Below, piece after piece: positions 36,521-45,858 of a stretch of DNA of 64,000 nt (position 1 is the first letter of the stretch; the number at the start of each line of letters is the position of its first letter). A program made the translations under genes and the position numbers. The DNA is taken from the IMG/VR virus record IMGVR_UViG_3300046692_000091, positions 1 through 64,000 of that record. One strand, 5' to 3'. The notes below the pieces were generated by a model. The model had not been told where the DNA came from. It ran no database searches and saw only the letters and a program-made list of their open reading frames with translations.

Positions 36521-36917
36521 TAATCTCTACCAAATCGAACTACCTTATTCAGATTATCCAGAAGGGTTCAAAGAACTAGTTAAGGATGAGAAGGAATGGC
36601 AGAAGTGGGTAAGTGATGGCCCTAACTATTGCGAACCCTACAACTACGTCGATGGCAACAATGTCATCGGTCTGATGAGCGACATGTCGTTCCAGGAAGA
36701 AACCTTCACTTTCATCTATCAGGACATGTTGTGCAATCCCGATATAATGGACCTACTGAAGTTCTATGCCCGTGGTGTAGTCACTGCCAAGACTCCTGAA
36801 GAAACACCAAAGATACATCAGTTGTTTTGTTTCGATTGCACCCCCTCTGAATGGCCTGACCCCATCCGTAATATTCATGATGGCTCTAAAGCACTTCACT
36901 ACAGAAATCCAGTCTAA
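36390..36917 (+). CDS. Hypothetical protein (true start probably GTG near 36503)
   Basis: The N-terminal extension in the track overlaps the upstream gene. Confidence 0.6.
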   Translation: MGLPKKTNTITSSNQSMESSSVAVKQCKQKSNSWSSRLVKSLGNNLYQIELPYSDYPEGFKELVKDEKEWQKWVSDGPNYCEPYNYVDGNNVIGLMSDMSFQEETFTFIYQDMLCNPDIMDLLKFYARGVVTAKTPEETPKIHQLFCFDCTPSEWPDPIRNIHDGSKALHYRNPV

Positions 36918-36942
36918 CTCAAATTAAAAAAGGAACGTTAAG

Positions 36943-37767
36943 ATGAATGCCATTGTAATCTGTGACAAAGCTTTGAATGAAGTGATGGACCAAGAGTCTC
37001 GCCAAGTGCAGTATATCACTGGCAGTGGTCGGGTGGTTAAAACAAGACCACCTAGCCATGAAGAAATCCAGGCGATGCATAGCAAGCTTCAACTGGATCA
37101 CGATGCTCTTGAATTACATGGCGCTGCTAATCCGTTACCTTACACTCGCGAATGGCAACGTCAGCGTGAGAACCGTCATAACAAAGACTACATGGAGCTA
37201 GTTGTGGAACCAATGGTTGAAGCTGAGAAACGTAAACATGAAGATGGCACGTACCACTACGTAGCCATGGACGACCTACCTGAAATGGGTTTTCCTGATC
37301 ACATCTACAAAGTTACCAGCAGTGGCGATCTATTCAAGTTCGAAGATGGACAATATCTATCTTACAATCCATATGCGGATGAAGGCAAGCAATTGTCGGT
37401 ACCACGTATGTTGATCGAAGATGATACTGTACATATGCCCACTGCCGGTAAAGGACCTCTGTCGGTCATCTACAATGTTCACGCGCTGCGTCGTGATCTG
37501 TACATGAAAGGCGTGATGAACTGGACTTATGCAGACATGGCTCCAAAAGGTCTGATCTCTCCCTCCTTTCCACTTGATGCACAACGCTCCATGTACTTCC
37601 GTCACAGTCACCGGGCACTTGCAGAACAAATCCGTACCCAGGTTCGCCGAGATGGGGAACTTCAGAAAGAATACGTTGATGCACTGGATCGTATCGGTGT
37701 AGAGATCTGGTATGCGGATAAGCGCTTTGGTTTCAAAGATGGCGATTTCGTAGCGGTGTTTGCGTGA
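36943..37767 (+). CDS. Hypothetical protein
   Basis: 274 aa, AAGGA RBS. Confidence 0.75.
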   Translation: MNAIVICDKALNEVMDQESRQVQYITGSGRVVKTRPPSHEEIQAMHSKLQLDHDALELHGAANPLPYTREWQRQRENRHNKDYMELVVEPMVEAEKRKHEDGTYHYVAMDDLPEMGFPDHIYKVTSSGDLFKFEDGQYLSYNPYADEGKQLSVPRMLIEDDTVHMPTAGKGPLSVIYNVHALRRDLYMKGVMNWTYADMAPKGLISPSFPLDAQRSMYFRHSHRALAEQIRTQVRRDGELQKEYVDALDRIGVEIWYADKRFGFKDGDFVAVFA

Positions 37768-38147
37768 ACTGGACAGATGGGACAGACAACCGTAAACGCA
37801 ATGCACGTATTGCAAAGAAAGTAGCGAAGTGGCGTAGGACCAAAAAGAGCCTTACGATGCTATTGGGCACAGCTCTATATTGCCCAGGGCTAACTCCTAA
37901 TACAGTGCGTGCACTAAAGAAACATGCACGTGAATTACCAATGCGACATGCACGTAAGATCTTCGAACATCTTGCTGTGCATAAGCGTTTTGGTTATGAC
38001 ACAGTGAAACTACGCGTCCGTAAAGGAAAAGAAAACCCACCCAATAACTACACGACGGTTTATTCTAAGTTAGTATCCAGAAAGGATGTAGAATTCTGGA
38101 AAGGAATTTTAGACGTTTTCGATGTTGTCGATCCTCGGCATAAGTAA
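37764..38147 (+). CDS. Highly basic hypothetical protein
   Basis: 127 aa, K/R-rich. Confidence 0.65.
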   Translation: MNWTDGTDNRKRNARIAKKVAKWRRTKKSLTMLLGTALYCPGLTPNTVRALKKHARELPMRHARKIFEHLAVHKRFGYDTVKLRVRKGKENPPNNYTTVYSKLVSRKDVEFWKGILDVFDVVDPRHK

Positions 38148-38153
38148 TAAACG

Positions 38154-38204
38154 ACATAATGGCTACCCTTCGGGGTAGCCGCTATGCCTTATTTTTTTTT
38201 GTTT
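38154..38204. terminator. Terminator between convergent genes; copy of 25255-25306
   Basis: Same 47-nt sequence; T-run one base shorter. Confidence 0.85.
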
Positions 38205-38211
38205 CGGCGAG

Positions 38212-38640
38212 CTAGAAACTCAGTGTAACTGGGTTTGGTGGTAACCAACCGAGAGCATTGATCCGTGGAGTCAAAGTTACCGAAGTAGCTGTAGGTAGAA
38301 TAGGATCAAAGAAGAAGTCTTCTTCATAAGCCACAATGCCGTAAACATCACCGAGCATCTTTAATACATCACTCGTGTTAGCGTAGTCGCCAGGTTTACC
38401 AATCAGCTTAACGTCCTTCAAGGCCTCATCGATACGGTAACGATTGTAATAGATCACCATCGAACCTCTGATGCGGTTAGAACTAGCCTTAGCTTGGATA
38501 GTCACCCTAGCATTACATTGGTTCTGTAGCCATACCCCAGCATTAACAAAGTCAACATCAGTAACTTGGATCGGAGGAACAATGTCATGCAATGCACTGA
38601 ACTCATTTAAGAGCTTTTCTTTTGTGTCGTGTAAATACAT
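38212..38640 (-). CDS. Virion structural protein (gp126-like; YxRL-motif family)
   Basis: 142 aa; IYYNRYRI; synteny. Confidence 0.6.
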   Translation of the reverse strand: MYLHDTKEKLLNEFSALHDIVPPIQVTDVDFVNAGVWLQNQCNARVTIQAKASSNRIRGSMVIYYNRYRIDEALKDVKLIGKPGDYANTSDVLKMLGDVYGIVAYEEDFFFDPILPTATSVTLTPRINALGWLPPNPVTLSF

Positions 38641-38647
38641 GTCAACC

Positions 38648-39523
38648 TCAATCGTAGTGCAGGCGTAAGAAACCCGTCATGTTGGAAGTTAGATTACCGA
38701 GTTCCAATACTAGTACCCGATAGAAGTCAGAACGAGATGTCCACTTCGGTATAGTCGCCCCATTATAGAGAACCTTACAATGCTTCTCGCCATCTACCAA
38801 TGAATGAACAATGTTGTTAGCTGAAACAACACTCTGGCATTGGAACTTAATACCCGAAGTCTGGAATAACGGATTCAGTAGTTGCTCAGGATTGTGGTAC
38901 AACCCAACTGGAATGTCTTTAAGACTATCCCGATACTTACTGAAATCATAACCACTCATGTAGTAGTCGCCATTGATCTTAGTCGCATCGGGCTTCACTA
39001 CTGCATTGGGAAACTCATTAACTGGGGTGGTGAGCGTGGAGATATCAATCTTAGCGGTGTTCGTTAGACGCACCTTTAAGAAACCCACGAACCGGAGAGA
39101 CCGATCGTCAGCCTGGATATTGAAATCGTTTTCACCAATTGCACTGAAGTGATCGAATGTCTGATGCACGAAGTCATCTACCTCGAACACAATCTCATTG
39201 CGTGTACCAAGCTTCTTCAGGATATCGAATGTAGTAATCGGAAGCGTTAAGCCACGGATATCTACAGCGAATGTATTACGGAAGAATTCGGTGCAGTTCA
39301 ACCGATCGTAAGTAAATACCGTTTCGGTAATCTTCGGCATCCTGTTGACTGGGTTAGCGGATCGATTAGGGATGATCTCAATCTGAGTCAGTTTAGGACC
39401 CAGTTTCGTCATCTCTTTCAACTTCGCAATACCGGGTTGGAGTTGGAAGTTATATTTGTCGTTGATCATGTCACAAATAGCTTGCCATGATCCTACCTTG
39501 AGGTAGTCGCGTGTGATATACAT
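38648..39523 (-). CDS. Virion structural protein (gp127-like)
   Basis: 291 aa; FTYDRLN; synteny. Confidence 0.6.
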   Translation of the reverse strand: MYITRDYLKVGSWQAICDMINDKYNFQLQPGIAKLKEMTKLGPKLTQIEIIPNRSANPVNRMPKITETVFTYDRLNCTEFFRNTFAVDIRGLTLPITTFDILKKLGTRNEIVFEVDDFVHQTFDHFSAIGENDFNIQADDRSLRFVGFLKVRLTNTAKIDISTLTTPVNEFPNAVVKPDATKINGDYYMSGYDFSKYRDSLKDIPVGLYHNPEQLLNPLFQTSGIKFQCQSVVSANNIVHSLVDGEKHCKVLYNGATIPKWTSRSDFYRVLVLELGNLTSNMTGFLRLHYD

Positions 39524-39532
39524 CTGATCACC

Positions 39533-41695
39533 TTACATGTCAGGGTAGAGAGGGTCGTCGGAGTTTTTGTACTGGCCGAGATAATTATCAACCGGTGGAG
39601 AATCGTCTGTAGTGAAGATTACTTTCTGCAGCGTTACACTCGGCATTCTCGTTTTGATCTTTATCGAAGACAAAGAAAGATCGTTAATGTAAACAGTCGG
39701 ATCAATCTTACGATAGATGGTTCCATCAGCAGACAGGTTGATGTCTGGCAGAATTACCTTATCAGTAATCTTCGTCTTCACGAAGCCTTGCGACTTGTAA
39801 GCATGCACATTAATCTCGTCAACCACCACTCGGAAGTAGGAGCCCATAGAGGCACGATAATCACCTACCCGTACCGATGGCATACCAATGACATGGAAGT
39901 TGGTGTAGGCGACGTTACGGAGGTACTGGAGAGGATAAGAGGATAGACGCTTCATCAACCGCAACAGTTCTCGTTGAATTTCACCCAGAGTGATCACTTT
40001 GAATAAGTTTGCACCGGTAGCAATGTTGATGCAGTCAGTTACAAGCTGCTCATATTCAGACTTACGATAGCCACGAATGTCGATACCCTGAGGCACTAAG
40101 TAATCGTCAAAAGAAGTTGGGGTCTTAACCAATCGACAAGTGCGATTCATGTAGTGTGCCTTAACAGCGTTCTCACACATAGCTCGACCATCTTTGTGCT
40201 CTTGCAACGAATACAGTTCCCACAAACGCAGATAAGACTTATGTGCACGAGTTGCATCTAAGTAGAACTGTTCAGTAGAGATGTAAGACGTCATTGGGAA
40301 TACACGGTCCTGAATAGCGGTCAGTACGTTGTCTCCAACAACCCGTGGAGATACGAACGTCTTAAGTTGAGCCAGTGTCGGGAGTGGACTACGCATCACC
40401 TCATACGCCACTACAGAAGGAATCATTGTGATATCTGATTCCAGTGTTTGTGCATAAGCGTAAAGCATTACGATGTAAGCGTCCTTAACCGACAGAGTCA
40501 TCAACTCACCAGTCCGTGGGTTAGGGATCTGTACATAAGCACGATACTTACCACGAGCCGCCAAGTCTAACCAATGGTTCAACAGAACGTTCATGTGTGA
40601 ACGAACAGAAGAAGTCGATCGATCAATTACTTCAGAATCCAGTATTTTAGTTGGCAGGATAGAGAACTGGTCAGATTCAATTTGTTCAGTGATCTCTTTC
40701 TCTGCATCGAAACGTACGAGTGGGTTATCACGAGCCAATCCATCTTCACGTTCTAGAATCTGCTCAACAGTGGCTTTGTCTTGTCCGTCATGAACGATAG
40801 GAAAGTTAACATCTAACTTGATCAGCTCAGCGGCAGGCTTTAGTTCGCCAGGCATTGCTGATGCATTCTGCTTGATGTTATACCAGATCAACGGAATACC
40901 ACGAGGGGTGAGAATATTATCCACCAATCGTTGCCATGTCGATTCTTTACCCACGTTCCGTTCGTACCAGTTAACATCACGGTACAGATGAAGTTGTTGG
41001 CCTTTATCGAGATAAGGCATGAACTCATCCAAACGAGAGTTCGAACCTAGCCATTCGCGAATGAAGAAACTATTAGCCCGTCGAGTCTTAGCATTACGCA
41101 AACGAATAAGCATAATAGCTAATGGCAATTGCGTATAGAGTGAACCTAAGAAGCCTGCAAAATACAGGTCATCTGAAATGTTAAACTGTGCGTTGTACCA
41201 ACGGTTGTAGAATGATGTGACCCAGTCTTGAAGTTCATGATCGAAGTTATCTTCGTTCTCTTCAACATACTTAGGATCATAGTACAAAATCTCACCATCA
41301 TGTGAATCAATCGCACGATCGATGTCAATCGGGTAGATAACCCCATTGATCAAACCTACCTGATCAGGAAACTGAAGCACTAGGTTATTGTAATAAATGC
41401 TGCCTGGAACATACTCTCGGGCAGTTGCACGGTGAATTGCTAGATTATCCTTTGTGAAGTCTATCATTTCCAACGTGTCCATGGACCGCACTACCATCTT
41501 GCTGTCTGTCGAGTGATACTCGCCAGCCATGTTCATGTAGTACTTCCACGATTTTGGATCAAGCTCATCCGAGATGATACCTTCTTCCGCCAGCCGTTCA
41601 TTTAGAATAGTGGCTGCTGCATCGAACTTAATTACCACTGTACGGGCTAGGCGCATTGTATCGTTTCGGTAAACTTCGAAATAAACGTTGCTCAT
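39533..41695 (-). CDS. Virion structural/baseplate-associated protein (gp128-like)
   Basis: 720 aa, divergent from portal. Confidence 0.6.
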   Translation of the reverse strand: MSNVYFEVYRNDTMRLARTVVIKFDAAATILNERLAEEGIISDELDPKSWKYYMNMAGEYHSTDSKMVVRSMDTLEMIDFTKDNLAIHRATAREYVPGSIYYNNLVLQFPDQVGLINGVIYPIDIDRAIDSHDGEILYYDPKYVEENEDNFDHELQDWVTSFYNRWYNAQFNISDDLYFAGFLGSLYTQLPLAIMLIRLRNAKTRRANSFFIREWLGSNSRLDEFMPYLDKGQQLHLYRDVNWYERNVGKESTWQRLVDNILTPRGIPLIWYNIKQNASAMPGELKPAAELIKLDVNFPIVHDGQDKATVEQILEREDGLARDNPLVRFDAEKEITEQIESDQFSILPTKILDSEVIDRSTSSVRSHMNVLLNHWLDLAARGKYRAYVQIPNPRTGELMTLSVKDAYIVMLYAYAQTLESDITMIPSVVAYEVMRSPLPTLAQLKTFVSPRVVGDNVLTAIQDRVFPMTSYISTEQFYLDATRAHKSYLRLWELYSLQEHKDGRAMCENAVKAHYMNRTCRLVKTPTSFDDYLVPQGIDIRGYRKSEYEQLVTDCINIATGANLFKVITLGEIQRELLRLMKRLSSYPLQYLRNVAYTNFHVIGMPSVRVGDYRASMGSYFRVVVDEINVHAYKSQGFVKTKITDKVILPDINLSADGTIYRKIDPTVYINDLSLSSIKIKTRMPSVTLQKVIFTTDDSPPVDNYLGQYKNSDDPLYPDM

Positions 41696-41728
41696 GCTTT
41701 TTACTCACTTGAATAATGGGAGCTTCTC

Positions 41729-44464
41729 ATGGCTCGAAAAACTGGGGGGAACGGTAAAACGTATCCCATGTTTGAACAAACCCAAGAAGGCATCAATCCA
41801 TTAACGCCGATTGGCGGTGTTATTAATTTACTGCGTAAATCAGTAAATGAAAAGGGACAAAGTGTCAACCAACCACGCGTTGGTATCAACAAACAAACAA
41901 TGGATCGCGTATCACGTCAGACGTCTCAGGACATTACTGACAACGACGCAATCATGCAGCTCAACCCCGATCTAGAACTTGTTGAGACCGTAATGGTCGG
42001 CAACATTCTTTCGCCTAAAGATCTGGGTGAAACGGAACTGGCATGGTCTGTTGACCCGGTTCTATTTGATAGCGAAATTGCACGACTACTGATAGAGCCA
42101 GTAGAAGAACATTTTAAACGAGACTATAAGATTAACGACCGTCTCGACCTGGTGCTTCGAGAGATCATGTTCCGTAAAGGTGCATCGATCCACATCGTTC
42201 TGCCAGAGACTGTACTCGACCATTTGGTTAACGGTACACGCAAAGTTTCTATGGAAGACTACGCTGGTTTCCGTAAGCGCATGGCCCAAGGTGAACCACT
42301 GGGTTTATTAGGTCATCCAACTAATGCTAACATCTCCTTAGAAAGTTGGAATGTTAGCAATGATGGTGCTAACAAGATTGCTGGTGATGGTAACTTGTTG
42401 GTAACTGACAACTTTAACATCCTGAAGTCCCCAGTTGTAGGTCGTCGTGTTCGTGAGATGCGAATTGCTGATCGACTCAATCGCCATCGTGTTTCTTTAG
42501 AAGTAGAGATGGAGAAAGAAACACAGAACTACAACTTTACTAATGCTGACATTGAAAGGCTGTATCAGCGGAATCGTAATGGCGTTACTGAACATGCACA
42601 GGTTGTAACATCACCTCAGTTCATGGATCGGAAGTCCGTAGGGCATCCCCTGGCATTGTTACCACCAATGGAAGCCGTTATCCCAGTATTCATGCAAGGT
42701 CGTCCACATGAGCACGTAGGCTATTTCCTGCTGGTTGACCAAAATGGTTATCCGGTATCGAAAGACTCTACTCGTGACTTTTACGGTGAACTACAAAGCT
42801 CCTGGAACTCTGGTGGTAATGGTAGTTCCGATGGTAACTCTGAGATCCTCCGTCTAACTCGTGAGGCAATGGGTGCTAATGCCAGCAAGCAGGATTATGA
42901 AGTAGATGAGATTCAAAAGACTTATAACTCGATTATTGTGAATGACCTACATAACCGTCTCCGTAACGGTGAGTACGATCAAGAACTTGAAATCGGTATG
43001 TCTGAAGAAATCCAACGGATCATGTTGTTCCGTAGCTGGGAACAGAAATGTACCCAACTCGTTTTCATTCCAGCTGAACTCTGCACTTACATGGCTTTCA
43101 ACTTCAACGCAAACGGTGTAGGCGAAAGCCTGCTATCCCGTTCGAAGATGATTGCAACCATGCGCTCTACTTTGCTGATGGCTGACACTGTAGGTGGTAT
43201 GCGTAACGCAGTAGGCCGTAAGAAGGTTAACATCACGTTAGACCCGGATGATCCCGATGCTGAACAAACCATCTCGAATATCCAGTCGTCTATCATGGAG
43301 CAAGCACATCGCTCGTTCCCACTGGCTGCTCCCGATCCTACTCAAGCAATGGATCACCTGATTCGTTCTGGCTTCGACTTTGCCATTAACGTTAACGGTG
43401 CAGACTATGCTGAAACGAAAGTAGAGTATGACGACTACAACACGAACCAACAGGCTGGTAACCCAGACCTACAGGATCGTCTACGTCGCATGCACATTTC
43501 CGGTATGGGTGTACACCCTGAGAAAGTTGACCCGATGTCTTCTCCAGACTTCGCTACTACTGCAACTCAGAACGACTTGGTATTCTCCCGTCGTGTACGT
43601 GCTTATCAGAAAGCTTTCACTGAGTACCTACAGAAGTTCATTCGTACTTACACCCACCACAGTTCGATCCTACGTCAGAAGATGGCTAAGGCAATTGTGA
43701 AGAACCGTAAGATGTTGAGCCCTGAGCAAACAGCACAACCAATCGATGAGATCATTGATGACTTTATCGCAGCATTGGAAGTATCGCTGCCAGCTCCTGA
43801 TAACACACAGCATGAACGTCAAGCTGAATCGTATCGTGCTTACTCGGATCTGTTGGATTCGACATTGGAAGCTTACATTACTCCTGATCTGTTCCCTGAT
43901 GAAGTACTAGGAATGTCTGGTGTAGCTGACAAGATTCTGAACCATGTTAAAGCTTACTTCAAACGTCAGTGGCTAACCAACAACAACGTCATGCCTGAAC
44001 TGGGTGTGTTGTTAGAGATGGATGGCGATAAGCCTGCATTCTCATTGCTGGATTACATGGCAACTGCACAGTCCACAATGGGCCGGGCATTCATGGAGTT
44101 CATGAAACACGAAGTCGATAACAAAGATGCATTCGCCAGAGAGTTCAAGAAAGTTATTGAAGAATCCGGTGGAAGCGATGGCGGTTTCGGTGGAGACGAT
44201 ACAGGCGGTAGCTTCGGTGATGATACCGGAGGCGGAGATGACACGGCAGGCGGCGGAGATGACTTCGGCGATCTGGGTGGTGGCACTGATGATGGTATGG
44301 GCGGTGACCTCGGTGGTACCGATGACATGGGGCTTGATGAACCTTCTACAGATGAGCCAGCAGCAGATGAGGATTCCGCAGGCGATACAGCCGGCTTGGA
44401 TGATCCACATGCAGCAGCAGCTAAAGATGAAGAAGAGGACGAAGAAGCTCTCAACAACCTATAA
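41729..44464 (+). CDS. Portal protein (phiKZ gp129-like) with acidic Gly/Asp C-tail
   Basis: 911 aa; SME/SLE protease-type motifs in the N-terminal third; low-complexity GGDD tail; synteny. Confidence 0.75.
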   Translation: MARKTGGNGKTYPMFEQTQEGINPLTPIGGVINLLRKSVNEKGQSVNQPRVGINKQTMDRVSRQTSQDITDNDAIMQLNPDLELVETVMVGNILSPKDLGETELAWSVDPVLFDSEIARLLIEPVEEHFKRDYKINDRLDLVLREIMFRKGASIHIVLPETVLDHLVNGTRKVSMEDYAGFRKRMAQGEPLGLLGHPTNANISLESWNVSNDGANKIAGDGNLLVTDNFNILKSPVVGRRVREMRIADRLNRHRVSLEVEMEKETQNYNFTNADIERLYQRNRNGVTEHAQVVTSPQFMDRKSVGHPLALLPPMEAVIPVFMQGRPHEHVGYFLLVDQNGYPVSKDSTRDFYGELQSSWNSGGNGSSDGNSEILRLTREAMGANASKQDYEVDEIQKTYNSIIVNDLHNRLRNGEYDQELEIGMSEEIQRIMLFRSWEQKCTQLVFIPAELCTYMAFNFNANGVGESLLSRSKMIATMRSTLLMADTVGGMRNAVGRKKVNITLDPDDPDAEQTISNIQSSIMEQAHRSFPLAAPDPTQAMDHLIRSGFDFAINVNGADYAETKVEYDDYNTNQQAGNPDLQDRLRRMHISGMGVHPEKVDPMSSPDFATTATQNDLVFSRRVRAYQKAFTEYLQKFIRTYTHHSSILRQKMAKAIVKNRKMLSPEQTAQPIDEIIDDFIAALEVSLPAPDNTQHERQAESYRAYSDLLDSTLEAYITPDLFPDEVLGMSGVADKILNHVKAYFKRQWLTNNNVMPELGVLLEMDGDKPAFSLLDYMATAQSTMGRAFMEFMKHEVDNKDAFAREFKKVIEESGGSDGGFGGDDTGGSFGDDTGGGDDTAGGGDDFGDLGGGTDDGMGGDLGGTDDMGLDEPSTDEPAADEDSAGDTAGLDDPHAAAAKDEEEDEEALNNL

Positions 44465-44467
44465 CAA

Positions 44468-44503
44468 CATATTAGCCTTCCCCAACGGGAAGGCTTTATG
44501 CCG
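44468..44503. terminator. CATA-stem-TTATG terminator between convergent genes
   Basis: CATATT-AGCCTTCCC-CAAC-GGGAAGGCT-TTATGCCG. Confidence 0.8.
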
Positions 44504-45751
44504 TCAATTAGAACCAAGCACTCGGAAGAAAGCTTCGTCATGGGTAAATGGATGTGATGGGTTCCGACCACCATCTACAATCGCACTTGATTGCCACCGT
44601 CTGTGGTTAGCATCGTAGTCATGTCGAATGTTGTCAGTACCAACGTAAACGAAAGTATCAACTTCATGAATCGTGTGATAATCAAGCATCCGACCATAAG
44701 CACCTACGAGCGGCAGGTTGTCTCCAGATGCATCAATAAACCGGCCTGGTAGACGTAACCATTCAATTGGTTCGTAGTCCTGGAAGAACGATGGTGTATC
44801 CACGATCACAAAGAAAGACTGTGTCATAGTGAGATACTTAAGCACGACGTCATCAGAACGCATTTGCTCTAGTGACATTAGTGTCGGGTTCTTCGGATCA
44901 ATGGTTAAACCCAAATGATCCAGATCTAGTTCTTTAACAGATTGGATATACCGATCCAAGAACATCGATGCACCTACTTCAATACGCCATGTCCGATCAC
45001 CTACTGGTTTATATACCTTACCCAATACTTGCAGGTAACCCCCAATAACCAACAGAACTGTTTTGTTCTCGATGTTAATGTTATTGGGCATGCTGATATA
45101 GGACGCATCATTTAGAGGAGCACCTGGTCGTTGAGGTTTAATCATTGACGCAGTAATAGGTACCTTCTGGATGGCCCCAATCGTTTCGAATGAATATACA
45201 CCGATCTGATTGTTGTTAGCTCGACGTACTGACTTGTTACCATCCAACACACGAATCCCATCGACTGTCCAATCCGTAATATGGAAGTATCCATTAACAG
45301 TAGTCAAGCAATATTTATCGTAGTCGGCGTACGAATGGGTTGGGTGGGTCAGAATCAAATCTTCTTTGACAAACTTAGATGCCGTAGAATTGATATGTAA
45401 GTCACGACCTTTAGGTTGAGCAATATAACCAGCGTGCCAAGCCTGAGCATAACGTACTAACCGTTCTGTTTCATCCGGCAGCTTAGCTTCGAAGGGTAGC
45501 GTTGTATTGCCGATAGAAGTCAGCCATTGGGTTACTGTGAATGTTGGATCAACACCATTCATCCAAGTAGTGACATTATCAAACTTGAGTGCTTTGAGTT
45601 GTTGCGTTCCTGTTCCGCCATAACTGACGTAAAGAATCACGTCACCATACGTTGTTGATAACGTGGTAACGATTGCATTACTGAGGTCAGCTTCTTGCCA
45701 ACGACCTTTACGTCTATCGGCCCGATAGCGTGCACGTACTAGAGTGTACAT
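44504..45751 (-). CDS. Virion structural protein (gp130-like)
   Basis: 415 aa, GGAGG RBS on minus strand; synteny. Confidence 0.6.
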   Translation of the reverse strand: MYTLVRARYRADRRKGRWQEADLSNAIVTTLSTTYGDVILYVSYGGTGTQQLKALKFDNVTTWMNGVDPTFTVTQWLTSIGNTTLPFEAKLPDETERLVRYAQAWHAGYIAQPKGRDLHINSTASKFVKEDLILTHPTHSYADYDKYCLTTVNGYFHITDWTVDGIRVLDGNKSVRRANNNQIGVYSFETIGAIQKVPITASMIKPQRPGAPLNDASYISMPNNINIENKTVLLVIGGYLQVLGKVYKPVGDRTWRIEVGASMFLDRYIQSVKELDLDHLGLTIDPKNPTLMSLEQMRSDDVVLKYLTMTQSFFVIVDTPSFFQDYEPIEWLRLPGRFIDASGDNLPLVGAYGRMLDYHTIHEVDTFVYVGTDNIRHDYDANHRRWQSSAIVDGGRNPSHPFTHDEAFFRVLGSN

Positions 45752-45858
45752 TGATGAACCTCCGTGGGATTGAATAATCCTATGTGAATTTAAAAATACT
45801 GGTGTGCATACACATCATTAAGCTAACAACTGCGCACCAGCGCTACATAGGAGGATAT

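Noticed and set aside
44042-44618. Alternative-frame ORFs over the portal tail
   Set aside because: Low-complexity GC-rich tail naturally lacks stops in other frames.
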